Assembly: GCA_019695375.1 (NCBI GenBank)
Contig: JAIBAC010000001.1
Location: 25,638 to 89,637 of the forward strand
Origin: Acidimicrobiia bacterium
GTDB taxonomy: Bacteria > Actinomycetota > Acidimicrobiia > UBA2766
DNA length: 64,000 nucleotides
Direction: 5' to 3'
Shown here one piece after another: positions 28,948-37,799 of the stretch. The translations under genes and the position numbers were made by a program. Each line of letters starts with the position of its first letter. Position 1 is the first letter of the stretch. The notes beneath the pieces were generated by a model. That model was given only the letters and a program-made list of their open reading frames with translations. It was not told where the DNA came from and searched no databases.

Positions 28948-29450
28948 CGGATCCGGAGCCGACCGGCGAGTCCGGCATGACTCTCGTCGAGATCATGATC
29001 GCGATCGTGATCATGAGCGTGGTCGTCGTCGGGGTCCTCGCCCTGCTGGCGACGCTCGTGCGCGCCTCGGACCTGTCCAACCGCAAGACCGAGGCCGAGA
29101 CCACCGCGATCGCGGCAGCGGACTACCTCAAGGCCTCCGACTTCGACTACAGCGGCGCCGGCGGCTGCGAAGCCCACTACGCGACCGAGCTCGCCGCGTA
29201 CACGACCGTCTACCCGACCCCCGGGTTCACGACGTCGGTGCACGTGTACCGCGGCGACGCCGCCAGCATCAGCGCGGGAGCCGCAATCGCGACTCCCGAC
29301 GCGGGGACGCCCTGCCTCGACGGCAGCACTCCGGTCCTGCGGCTGTCGGTGGAGGTGACCGCCGACGACGGCGCGGTGTCGCGCTCTCAGGACGTCGTGC
29401 TGCGCTGCGACCCGGCAGCCGCCAAGGCCGCAGGAGGGACGTGCCTGTGA
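28944..29450 (+). CDS. prepilin-type minor pilin (N-terminal cleavage/methylation domain)
   Basis: Leader ...GESG followed by MTLVEIMIAIVIMSVVVVGVLALL class III signal; ATGA overlap with pilC. Confidence 0.75.
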   Translation: MTDPEPTGESGMTLVEIMIAIVIMSVVVVGVLALLATLVRASDLSNRKTEAETTAIAAADYLKASDFDYSGAGGCEAHYATELAAYTTVYPTPGFTTSVHVYRGDAASISAGAAIATPDAGTPCLDGSTPVLRLSVEVTADDGAVSRSQDVVLRCDPAAAKAAGGTCL

Positions 29451-30169
29451 GCGGTGATCACCGCGGCGGGGACCACGGGTTCACCCTGATCGAGGTGATG
29501 CTCACCGTCGTGCTCCTGTCGGTCGTGATGGGCGCGCTCGCGACCGCGGCGATCGTGTTCCTGCGCAACATCAACGAGACGCAGGCACGCCTCTACGTCG
29601 CGAACTCGCGCTCGCTCACGTCGCGCTACCTCGTGGGCGACATCCAATCCGCCGCCGTCTACGACCCCGCCTTCACGCCGACGCCGTGGACGGGGGGCAG
29701 TGACGGGACGGTCGTGTGGCCCGGTGCGCCCGCCACGCCGGCCGCGCCGAGCACCGACCCGGTGACGGCCACGAACGGGGTCGTGGAGTGCGACGCGACG
29801 CCGCGGACGGTCCTGACCGCCTACCACTACGACATCTTCCCCGGCGACGACCCAGACGTGGCGTCGAAGGACCGCGCCGTCAAGGTCGAATACACGGTGG
29901 TCGCGCCGCCGCCCGGTGACGACTGCCAGCTGGTGCGCACGAAGTGGGCGGTCACGGACACTGGTGGAACGTACGACTGGGCGGCACTGGAGCAGAACGC
30001 CGTCGCGCACGAGCTCCGCGTCGACGGCACCACACCGATGGTCACCACCACGGACCAGGGCGGTGGTCGCTGGCAGGTACACGTGAACCTGCAGCCGAAG
30101 TCATCGGAGGGCGTCGAGTACGCCTACGACTTGTGGGCCAAGCGCCGAGTGGACACCATCGTGCCATGA
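29441..30169 (+). CDS. prepilin-type minor pilin
   Basis: GDHG/FTLIEVMLTVVLLSVVMGALA prepilin motif; GTG start 29441 (alt GTG 29447) after AGGAGG. Confidence 0.75.
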   Translation: MPVSGDHRGGDHGFTLIEVMLTVVLLSVVMGALATAAIVFLRNINETQARLYVANSRSLTSRYLVGDIQSAAVYDPAFTPTPWTGGSDGTVVWPGAPATPAAPSTDPVTATNGVVECDATPRTVLTAYHYDIFPGDDPDVASKDRAVKVEYTVVAPPPGDDCQLVRTKWAVTDTGGTYDWAALEQNAVAHELRVDGTTPMVTTTDQGGGRWQVHVNLQPKSSEGVEYAYDLWAKRRVDTIVP

Positions 30170-32040
30170 AGGTGGGTGCCCGAGAGGTGGGACACGTGCG
30201 TCGACCGCGACAGCCACGGCGAGACGGCGCCGAGCAGGGCTCGGCCCTGATCATCGCGCTCGTCTTCCTGGTCGTGTTCGCGATGCTCGCCGGTGCGGTC
30301 GCTCAGCTCGCGACCGGTTCGCTGCGGACAGGCGAGACCGTGGGGGACCACAGCGACACGCTCTTCGGCGCCGACGACGCATCCGAACGCACGCAGGTCG
30401 CGATCGAGCAGAACCTCGACCCCGTCTGCCAGGCGGACGCCACGATCAAGCCCTACGTCCACGACGGCGACACCTACCTCGTGCGCTGCTCGTACCTCAA
30501 AGAGGGCGAGAACCCCCTGCCCGGCATCCACTTCGCGATGATGCTGTTCAGCAAGGACGAGTGGGCACTGACCAAGACCGGCTCGCCGGCCGCGTCGCTC
30601 ACCGGCGACATCCGCCTCAACACCGCGTTCCCGTGCTTCCGCTTCGCCCCCGACGGCTTCGTGAATCCGTTCGGGGTCATCGCGTGCACGAACCCGCCCG
30701 ACGAGCGTTCCGGGCGCATCCTCGGCGTCGACCAGTACTCACCGGTGGGCCCGATCCGCTTCCGCGCCAACTCCGAGGGCGCCCAGGGAGTCATAGACGT
30801 GCGCAGCAGCGACTGCAGCGGCAGCGGCTGGCTCCCGAGCCCCGTCGACATGGCATCGGCGCACGGCGGCCCGCACCTGCAGAACGCCAACAACGACGGC
30901 AGCGGCCCCTACACGTCGTTCACGAACGCCAACTGGACGTGCCACACCGACGACCTCGTGGACTCCGATCCCGACTACCCGCTGCCCGACCAGGTCGCCG
31001 ACGGGACGCTACCCACCCAGAGCTCTGCGGGCACATACGAGGACTGCAGTTCGACACCTCAGTGGTTCAACGTCGGATACCCGGTCCTGATGCAGTACAG
31101 CTGCGTGCGCCACTTCACGCCGGGGCGCTACACGTCCAACCCGACGCTCGACCTGACGGCCTCGTACGGTTACAACGGCAAGTCCACCGGGGTGCGGGCG
31201 AACATCTTCGATCCCGGGGTGTACTGGTTCGACACCGACGACACGGTGCCGCCGCAGCCGTGGTTCCCCGAGCCGGGTCTGAGCTTCTCTGTCAAGGACC
31301 AGTACCGCGACGCCCCCGTTGTGATGGGAACGGCCGACTCCCGCATACGGGCCAACACCACCTGGACCAACACCAACATCGTGGCCCAGATCCCGATCGG
31401 TGAGCGCTGCCTCGCAGGCGAGCCCGGTGTCGAGATGGTCTTCAACCCCGGCTACGGCATGGTGATCAACCCCGTGACAGGAGGCGCCGGCTTCCCCTCG
31501 GCACAGGTCACCGCGTGCCAGCTGCGGCCCGGACAGGTCGCCGGCGGCCAGCCCGGCATCGTGCTGTACCAGAAGAAGTACCCGGCCGCGGACTGGGACG
31601 GCGGCTTTACGAACTGGCCTGCGGGCAATCCGTCGCCGTGGCCCCAGCACCCCGCATGGGGGACGTTCGCCCTGTTCAACTCCGCCGACAACGTGAGCTC
31701 GGGCGGGCTCGTGATGGACGGCTTCGTGTACGCACCGCACGGCATCATCAAGACCGCCGTCGGGCTCGTGTCGACGTCGGGCACCCAGATCGCGTCGGGG
31801 ATCATCGCGTTCTCCCTGCAGCTCAAGGCGGTCGGCGCCGGCGGCCAGATGGTCGCCAACGAGCAGCCCCGCTTCGCCGGCAAGTACCTCGTCGAGATCT
31901 GGAACTGCGGGACGGCCGTCGACGCCGCTGCGTGCGGCATCGACGCCAAGCCCGCCGACGCGCGTGCCCTCGTCGACGCCGCCGTCCCCGGCGGCTCGGG
32001 CCCCACCCCGATCCGCTTCGACCGCTGGCTGCCCAACTGA
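30166..32040 (+). CDS. large PilX_N-domain minor pilin-like protein (624 aa) with Cys-rich C-terminal region
   Basis: N-term GSALIIALVFLVVFAMLAGAVAQLATGSLRTG resembles PilX N-terminal domain; ~16 Cys in extracytoplasmic part; ATGA overlap with previous pilin. Confidence 0.65.
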   Translation: MKVGAREVGHVRRPRQPRRDGAEQGSALIIALVFLVVFAMLAGAVAQLATGSLRTGETVGDHSDTLFGADDASERTQVAIEQNLDPVCQADATIKPYVHDGDTYLVRCSYLKEGENPLPGIHFAMMLFSKDEWALTKTGSPAASLTGDIRLNTAFPCFRFAPDGFVNPFGVIACTNPPDERSGRILGVDQYSPVGPIRFRANSEGAQGVIDVRSSDCSGSGWLPSPVDMASAHGGPHLQNANNDGSGPYTSFTNANWTCHTDDLVDSDPDYPLPDQVADGTLPTQSSAGTYEDCSSTPQWFNVGYPVLMQYSCVRHFTPGRYTSNPTLDLTASYGYNGKSTGVRANIFDPGVYWFDTDDTVPPQPWFPEPGLSFSVKDQYRDAPVVMGTADSRIRANTTWTNTNIVAQIPIGERCLAGEPGVEMVFNPGYGMVINPVTGGAGFPSAQVTACQLRPGQVAGGQPGIVLYQKKYPAADWDGGFTNWPAGNPSPWPQHPAWGTFALFNSADNVSSGGLVMDGFVYAPHGIIKTAVGLVSTSGTQIASGIIAFSLQLKAVGAGGQMVANEQPRFAGKYLVEIWNCGTAVDAAACGIDAKPADARALVDAAVPGGSGPTPIRFDRWLPN

Positions 32041-32046
32041 CGCCCG

Positions 32047-32174
32047 GCCCCACGCCAAACGCGGGCGGAATCGCCCGCGAGCACGTCAGACCACCCGCGT
32101 TTGGGGGACGGACCCACGCCAAACGCGGGCGGAATCGCCCGCGAGCACGCCAGACCACCCGCGTTTGGGGAGGT
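32047..32174. repeat. two tandem ~64-bp copies (1-2 mismatches) each containing 11-bp inverted repeat CCAAACGCGGG/CCCGCGTTTGG and nested GCGGGCG-GAAT-CGCCCGC hairpin
   Basis: Direct reading; located between pilX-like stop and major pilin start. Confidence 0.9.
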
Positions 32175-32301
32175 GGCCGCCCCGCGCGTTGGCGGGCGGG
32201 ATGGCAGGATCTGGGGCTCTCATGTAGAAATGCGTGACTGTTGGGTAGTGGGCTGAGTTACCTGGATCAGGAAGTCGACCCTTACTGGGGGAGAACCGGC
32301 G

Positions 32302-32673
32302 ATGAAGAGACAGTTCGAGCGGCTGCACGCCGCGCGGGTGGGCGAGGGTGAAGGCGGGTTCACCCTGATCGAGCTCCTGATAGTTATCGTGATCCTCGGC
32401 ATCCTCGCCGCCGTCGTCGTCTTCTCGGTGAGCGGCATCACCGACACCGGCGACCAGGCAGCCTGCACGTCGAGCCGCTCCGCGATCGAGACCGGCCTCG
32501 AGGCCGCCTACGCGAAGTCGAACCCGAAGGCTTACCCGGTGGACCTCGCGGCACTGCAGGCTTCGGGAATGGTTGGCGAGCTCAACGGTGTGACTGCGAC
32601 GTGGACGGTCAACGCCGGGCCTCCGCAGACGATCAGCGGACTGACCGTCAGCACCCCGACCACCACCTGCTGA
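32302..32673 (+). CDS. pilA: type IV major pilin (prepilin with G/FTLIELL cleavage-methylation site)
   Basis: 123 aa; leader MKRQFERLHAARVGEGEGG then FTLIELLIVIVILGILAAVV; GGAGA RBS. Confidence 0.85.
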   Translation: MKRQFERLHAARVGEGEGGFTLIELLIVIVILGILAAVVVFSVSGITDTGDQAACTSSRSAIETGLEAAYAKSNPKAYPVDLAALQASGMVGELNGVTATWTVNAGPPQTISGLTVSTPTTTC

Positions 32674-32699
32674 ACCAGCAGGCAGACGACACTCCATCC

Positions 32700-32724
32700 G
32701 TACCCCGGCCCGCGGCCGGGGTAC
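32700..32724. terminator. GC-rich hairpin (11-bp stem GTACCCCGGCC/GGCCGGGGTAC, 3-nt loop) between convergent pilA and pilT
   Basis: Perfect inverted repeat read from sequence 27 bp after pilA stop. Confidence 0.5.
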
Positions 32725-32730
32725 GGCGCG

Positions 32731-33744
32731 TCAGGGGAGGCCGAGCACCTGACGTTCGGACTCCTCGAGGGTGACCATCCCCTCCGCACGGCTCGAGCGG
32801 ATCACGTTGTGGATCTGGTTGGTCTTGGCCTCGCGGATCAGGTTTCGCACCGGGTCGGTGGCGATCAGGACCTCGAACGCCGCCACACGACCCCCGGTGG
32901 GGCTGGGATGGAGGCGCTGGTGGACGACAGCGAGCAGCGCGGCACTGAGCTGGGCGCGCACCTGGTTCTGATGATCGCCACCGAACGCGTCGATGATGCG
33001 GTCCACCGCCTGTGCCGTGTCGTTGGTGTGAAGGGTTGCGAACACCAGGTGGCCGGTCTCGGCGATGGTCAACGCCGACGAGATCGACTCGAGGTCGCGC
33101 ATCTCACCGACGAGGACGACATCGGGATCCTCACGCAGCACGGACCGCAACGCCATGTGGAAGTCGGGGGTGTCGGTGCCTACCTCACGCTGGTCGACGA
33201 CGGCGTGCTTGTGGGTGAACACGTACTCGATGGGGTCCTCGAGCGTGATCACGTGGCACGCCCGCGTCTGGTTGATGCGCTCGATCAGCGACGCGATCGT
33301 CGTCGACTTGCCCGACCCGGTGGGACCCGTCACGATCACGAGGCCCGTGCTCTTCTCGGTCAACGCCACCACAGCGGGAGGGACACCGAGCTGCTCCGGT
33401 GCCGGTATCACCGCGGGCAGGTGCCGCAGGGCCACCGCCCAGTGCCCCTTCTGACGGAAGACGTTCCCGCGGAAGCGTGCACGACCGGTCCAGTCGAACG
33501 CGAAGTCCGCCGTGTTGTGCTCGGCGAGCTGAGCGCGGTGCTCCTCCCCGACGAGCGCCTCGACACACGCGTCGACCTCGACGTCGGTGAGCGGTTCCGC
33601 TCTCATCGTGCGGAGCGCTCCGTCGACGCGGCCACGCGGTGGTGTGCCCACGGACAGGAGCAGGTCGGAGCCGCCGATCGCGACGAGCTGGTCGAGGAGC
33701 CACTCGAGCAGAGTGACCGCCGCCTGCGTCTCGTAGGCCTCCAT
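32731..33744 (-). CDS. pilT: twitching-motility / pilus retraction ATPase PilT
   Basis: Walker A GPTGSGKSTT, Asp box, His box (GHLVFATLHTN), AIRNLIRE-like motif (PVRNLIREAK); start at MEAYE 33744. Confidence 0.85.
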   Translation of the reverse strand: MEAYETQAAVTLLEWLLDQLVAIGGSDLLLSVGTPPRGRVDGALRTMRAEPLTDVEVDACVEALVGEEHRAQLAEHNTADFAFDWTGRARFRGNVFRQKGHWAVALRHLPAVIPAPEQLGVPPAVVALTEKSTGLVIVTGPTGSGKSTTIASLIERINQTRACHVITLEDPIEYVFTHKHAVVDQREVGTDTPDFHMALRSVLREDPDVVLVGEMRDLESISSALTIAETGHLVFATLHTNDTAQAVDRIIDAFGGDHQNQVRAQLSAALLAVVHQRLHPSPTGGRVAAFEVLIATDPVRNLIREAKTNQIHNVIRSSRAEGMVTLEESERQVLGLP

Positions 33745-33801
33745 GGCGTGACACGGTACACGCACTGCGACAACACCAAGTCGCGGTCATAGCCTCAGGG
33801 G

Positions 33802-34953
33802 GTGCGATTCGCGTCCCGCCTCTGTCTCGCGCCCGAGGACCCGGCCGAGATCACCTCGGCGGCGGCCTCGATGCGCTCCGAGCTCGGCGAGCCCGCGACA
33901 CTCGTCGCCGTGTTCGCCTCCGCCCGATTCGGTGACGATCTCGAGACGATCACCGGAGCCGTCGCCGGCGCCACCGGTGCGGATGTGCTCTTCGGCTGCA
34001 CCGCAGGCGGGGTCGTCGGCGGCGCCATCGAGATCGAGCACGCGCCCGCCGTGTCGCTGTGGGCGGCGGCGATGCCCGGTGTCGAGATCGACGCACGCCA
34101 TGTGGAGCATCCCGGCTCGGACGCAGCGGCTTTCGTGAACATGCCCTCGATCGGCGACGACACTGCGGCGCTCATCCTCGTCGCCGACCCGTTCACGTTC
34201 CCCTCGGACCTGTTCTGCACGACGATCGACCACGAACACCCCCGACTCACCTGCGTCGGCGGCCTCGCCTCGGGCGGCCGGCAGGCCGGCGAGACACGCC
34301 TCGTGCTCGACGGCTCGATCCACGACACGGGAGCGGTCGCGGTGGCGCTGTCGGGTGCGGTCGCCGTGCGCACCCTGGTGAGCCAGGGCTGCCGCCCGAT
34401 CGGGCGATCACTGCTCGTCACCGCCGGTGAGCGCAACCGGATGCTCGAGCTCGGCGGTCGCCCCGCTGTCGACCGGCTCGTCGAGACCGTCGCCGAGCTC
34501 GCCCCCGAGGACCGCGAGCTCATCGAGGGCGGGCTCCACATCGGGCGCGTGGTGGACGAGCACAAGGTCGAGTTCGGGCGCGGCGACTTCCTGATCCGCA
34601 ACGTGGTGGGTATCGAGCGCGACTCCGGCGCAGTCGCGATCGGTGACTCCGTCGAGGTCGGCTCGACCGTTCAGTTCCACGTGCGCGACGCCGTGACAGC
34701 CGACGAGGACCTCGCCGCGCTGTTGGCAGAGATCGGCGACGCAGAGACGGAGACCGGGGTGCTGGTCTTCACGTGCAACGGCCGCGGGCGGCGCTTCTTC
34801 GGGATGCCCGACCACGACGCCGCCGCGATACGGGCACTCCTCGGGACCAGCGACGTCGGTGGCTTCTTCTGCGCAGGCGAGATCGGCCCGGTGGGAGGCG
34901 TCAACCACCTCCACGGATACACCGCAGCCGTCGCAGTCCTGTCCGCGCCGTGA
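33802..34953 (+). CDS. FIST-domain sensory protein (FIST_N + FIST_C), no output domain
   Basis: 383 aa; C-terminal GFFCAGEIGP motif typical of FIST_C. Confidence 0.65.
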   Translation: MRFASRLCLAPEDPAEITSAAASMRSELGEPATLVAVFASARFGDDLETITGAVAGATGADVLFGCTAGGVVGGAIEIEHAPAVSLWAAAMPGVEIDARHVEHPGSDAAAFVNMPSIGDDTAALILVADPFTFPSDLFCTTIDHEHPRLTCVGGLASGGRQAGETRLVLDGSIHDTGAVAVALSGAVAVRTLVSQGCRPIGRSLLVTAGERNRMLELGGRPAVDRLVETVAELAPEDRELIEGGLHIGRVVDEHKVEFGRGDFLIRNVVGIERDSGAVAIGDSVEVGSTVQFHVRDAVTADEDLAALLAEIGDAETETGVLVFTCNGRGRRFFGMPDHDAAAIRALLGTSDVGGFFCAGEIGPVGGVNHLHGYTAAVAVLSAP

Positions 34954-35910
34954 TCAGGCCGGGGTGCGGCTGCGGCTCGCCAGCCAGGCACCGGCGATCA
35001 CGAGCCCACAACCGGCGACCGCTATCGGCACGGCGGTCTCGCCGTTGACGAACACACCGAGGCCGAGAGCGACCACAGGCACGAAGTAGATCCCGATCGA
35101 ACCGCGGTCGGCGCCGACGCGGCCAACGAGCGAGACCATCGCCACGAACGCGACGCCGCTGCCCAGCACGCCGAGCGGCACCATCGCCACGAGGCTTGCG
35201 GCCGTGAAGGTCGAGTCGCCCACCGACCAGATCGCGCCGGGTACGGAGACAGCGAGCGCCACCAGCTGGCCGCGCAGGACGACCGGCAACGTCCCGTACC
35301 GCTGCTGCAGCGGCGCGGCGACGGTCGCACCGATCGCGTAGCAGACGACGGCGACGATGATCAGCGCGACGCCGAGTGGGCTCGCGTCAGCGCCCACCAC
35401 TTCGGGAAGGGAGATGCAGACGATCCCTGCAAAGCCGACGCCGATGCCGATCGCCTGCGTGCGGCCGGGGGGGCGCCTGGTGGTGATCGCCACCACCACG
35501 GCGGCCACGACCGGCATGGCACCGTTGATCATCCCCGCCACCGACGTCGCCACCCACTGCTCGGCGATCGGGAAGAGCACGAACGGGACGGCCATCCACA
35601 CGACACCGAGGACCGCGATCTCGCGCCACGCCGCCCGCGGCACCGGCGCTCGTGCCTTGGGCAGCACCGCAAGGGTCAGCGCACCCAGCAGGATCCGCAG
35701 GAACGCGACGAGGCCGGGGCGCAACCCCTCGATCCCGATCGCGATGAACAGGAACGACGAACCCCAGATCGAGGCGACGAGAGCGACGAGACCCCACTCC
35801 GTGGGGCCGAACGCGCCCTGATGGGTGCCGAGCGCCCCGTGGGGTGCACGATCGGTCTCTCTGGCCCGGCCCTCGCCTCGCTTCTCACCCCCACCTGAGG
35901 GCGCTGTCAC
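34954..35910 (-). CDS. EamA/DMT-family transporter
   Basis: 10-TM profile, two EamA repeats; GTG start 35910 overlapping etf stop (GTGA). Confidence 0.7.
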   Translation of the reverse strand: MTAPSGGGEKRGEGRARETDRAPHGALGTHQGAFGPTEWGLVALVASIWGSSFLFIAIGIEGLRPGLVAFLRILLGALTLAVLPKARAPVPRAAWREIAVLGVVWMAVPFVLFPIAEQWVATSVAGMINGAMPVVAAVVVAITTRRPPGRTQAIGIGVGFAGIVCISLPEVVGADASPLGVALIIVAVVCYAIGATVAAPLQQRYGTLPVVLRGQLVALAVSVPGAIWSVGDSTFTAASLVAMVPLGVLGSGVAFVAMVSLVGRVGADRGSIGIYFVPVVALGLGVFVNGETAVPIAVAGCGLVIAGAWLASRSRTPA

Positions 35911-37685
35911 TCGAGCGCCCTTGCGAGCAGCGGGACGGCGTCGTGCCAGTCGGCGACGATGCCGACGTCGCAGTAGCCGAAGACCGGTGCGGCCGCATCG
36001 GTGTTGATGGCGAGGACCGAGCCAGCCGCGCGGAATCCCGACGAGTGGTTGAACTTCCCGCTCGCCCCGATGCTGACGAGCAGGCGCGGCGCCACCGCGA
36101 TCCCGGTGATGCCGATCTGGCGACTCCGTGGCAGCCAGCCCCGGTCTGTCACCTTGCGCGTGGCACCGAGCTCGGCACCTAGCACCTTGACGAGGCGGTC
36201 GAGCTCGCCGTACTCGTCGGGATCGACGCCGACACCGACGCAAACCACGACGTGAGCGAGCGTGAGGGCTTCACCGTCGTCCTCGACCGTGTGCGCGACG
36301 ACGCGGACGCGTCCGCTGCCGGCGACGCCCACGGTCTGCACCGCCGGGAACGACGCGGCCACTGGGCCGTCGGCGGCGAGCACACCGGGACGCACCGTCG
36401 CCATCTGCACCGAGGACGACGACGTGATCGCGGCGACGAGCGATCCGCCGAACGCGGGCTTCCACGCGACGAGGCGGCCATCGGCGCCGACGTCGAGCTC
36501 GACGGCATCGCCGGTGAGGCCGTGCCCACCTGCCGCCGCGACCCGCGACGCTATCTCACGTCCCCGAGCGGTGCTCGGCGCTATGACACCCCAGGGGCAG
36601 GCATCGGCGACCAGCTGGGAGATCGCAGCGGCGTAGTCCTCGTCGGATGCGACCGGGTCGGCGTCGAGCACCGTGACCGCGCCGACACCGGACGGCACCG
36701 CCCCCAGATCGGCACCCAACGACACGACGCGTGCGCCGAGGCCGAGCACGCGAGCGAGCCGCGCGGCCTCCTGGCCGAGCTCGTGAGCCAGCCGCGGGCG
36801 GGTCGGGTCAACCAACGCCCAGACCTCACGACCACCGCCGACGTCCACGTGGTCGACGTCGGCCGTCCGCGGCGCGAAACCGTCGGTGACCGCGGCGTCG
36901 AGGGCACCGCGTCGTGCGAGTGCTCCGACCGCCGACTCGACCTGCGACGCCGCGTCGCCGGTGAGCACCAACGGGTCGCGCTCGACGGCCAGCGATCGGG
37001 TCGCTCCCACCGAGGTCGGGGACGCGGCGGCACCCCACGGGCCGTCACCGAGGTCCGCTGCGGTCACGGTCCAGATCCGGTCGGCGGAGACGGCAGCACG
37101 CTCGTCCGGGAAGGCCTTCGCAGGCGCCGTGAGCCGCTCTGCGCAGCTCAACACGGCCGGCAGCTCACCTTCGATGCGGCGGTGGCCGTCGTCGGTCTCG
37201 CACACTGCCGCGAACGTGGCAGCCATCAGGTCGATGTCGAGCTCACGCACCGGCCCTGCGAACGGCCACCCGAGCAGCTCGGCGAGCTCGGGGCCGACCT
37301 GCCCTGTGTCGGAATCCACCGAGTTCTTGCCCACGAGCACGAGGTCGAGGTCGCCGATCTGGTGCAGCAGGCGGGTGAGCGCCGTCGCGGTCGCCAGGGT
37401 GTCAGAACCCGCGAACACCCCGTCGCTGAGGAGCACCCCGCGATCGGCGCCACATGCGATCGCCTCACGCAGGCAGTCCTCGGCCGAGGGGGGACCCATC
37501 GTCACGACGACGACCTCGGCGTCCGCATCGGTGGCGAGCTCGACCGCCTCGGCAACCGCGCGCCGGCAGTACGGGTTGAGCTCGAGCTCGACACCATCGC
37601 GTCTCACGCGGCCGTCGGGTCCCAGCGTCATCTCCTCGAAGCGGGGTACCTGCTTCACGAGAGCAGCGATACGGGCGGCGGTCAC
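35907..37685 (-). CDS. etfBA: fused electron transfer flavoprotein beta-alpha (EtfB-EtfA single polypeptide, 592 aa)
   Basis: N-terminal EtfB-like (RIAALVKQVP...), C-terminal EtfA FAD-binding region (SIGASGKFNHSSGFRAAGSVLAINTD). Confidence 0.75.
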   Translation of the reverse strand: MTAARIAALVKQVPRFEEMTLGPDGRVRRDGVELELNPYCRRAVAEAVELATDADAEVVVVTMGPPSAEDCLREAIACGADRGVLLSDGVFAGSDTLATATALTRLLHQIGDLDLVLVGKNSVDSDTGQVGPELAELLGWPFAGPVRELDIDLMAATFAAVCETDDGHRRIEGELPAVLSCAERLTAPAKAFPDERAAVSADRIWTVTAADLGDGPWGAAASPTSVGATRSLAVERDPLVLTGDAASQVESAVGALARRGALDAAVTDGFAPRTADVDHVDVGGGREVWALVDPTRPRLAHELGQEAARLARVLGLGARVVSLGADLGAVPSGVGAVTVLDADPVASDEDYAAAISQLVADACPWGVIAPSTARGREIASRVAAAGGHGLTGDAVELDVGADGRLVAWKPAFGGSLVAAITSSSSVQMATVRPGVLAADGPVAASFPAVQTVGVAGSGRVRVVAHTVEDDGEALTLAHVVVCVGVGVDPDEYGELDRLVKVLGAELGATRKVTDRGWLPRSRQIGITGIAVAPRLLVSIGASGKFNHSSGFRAAGSVLAINTDAAAPVFGYCDVGIVADWHDAVPLLARALE

Positions 37686-37799
37686 TGGCGGCTCCCAGGA
37701 TTACCGGGCGGAAACGTCGCCCGAGAGTATCTGCGCCACGAGCACCGACCCAGCCGGAAAGAGCGCAGAATCCCGGCATCTGCGCGCCAGACTGTTGCG

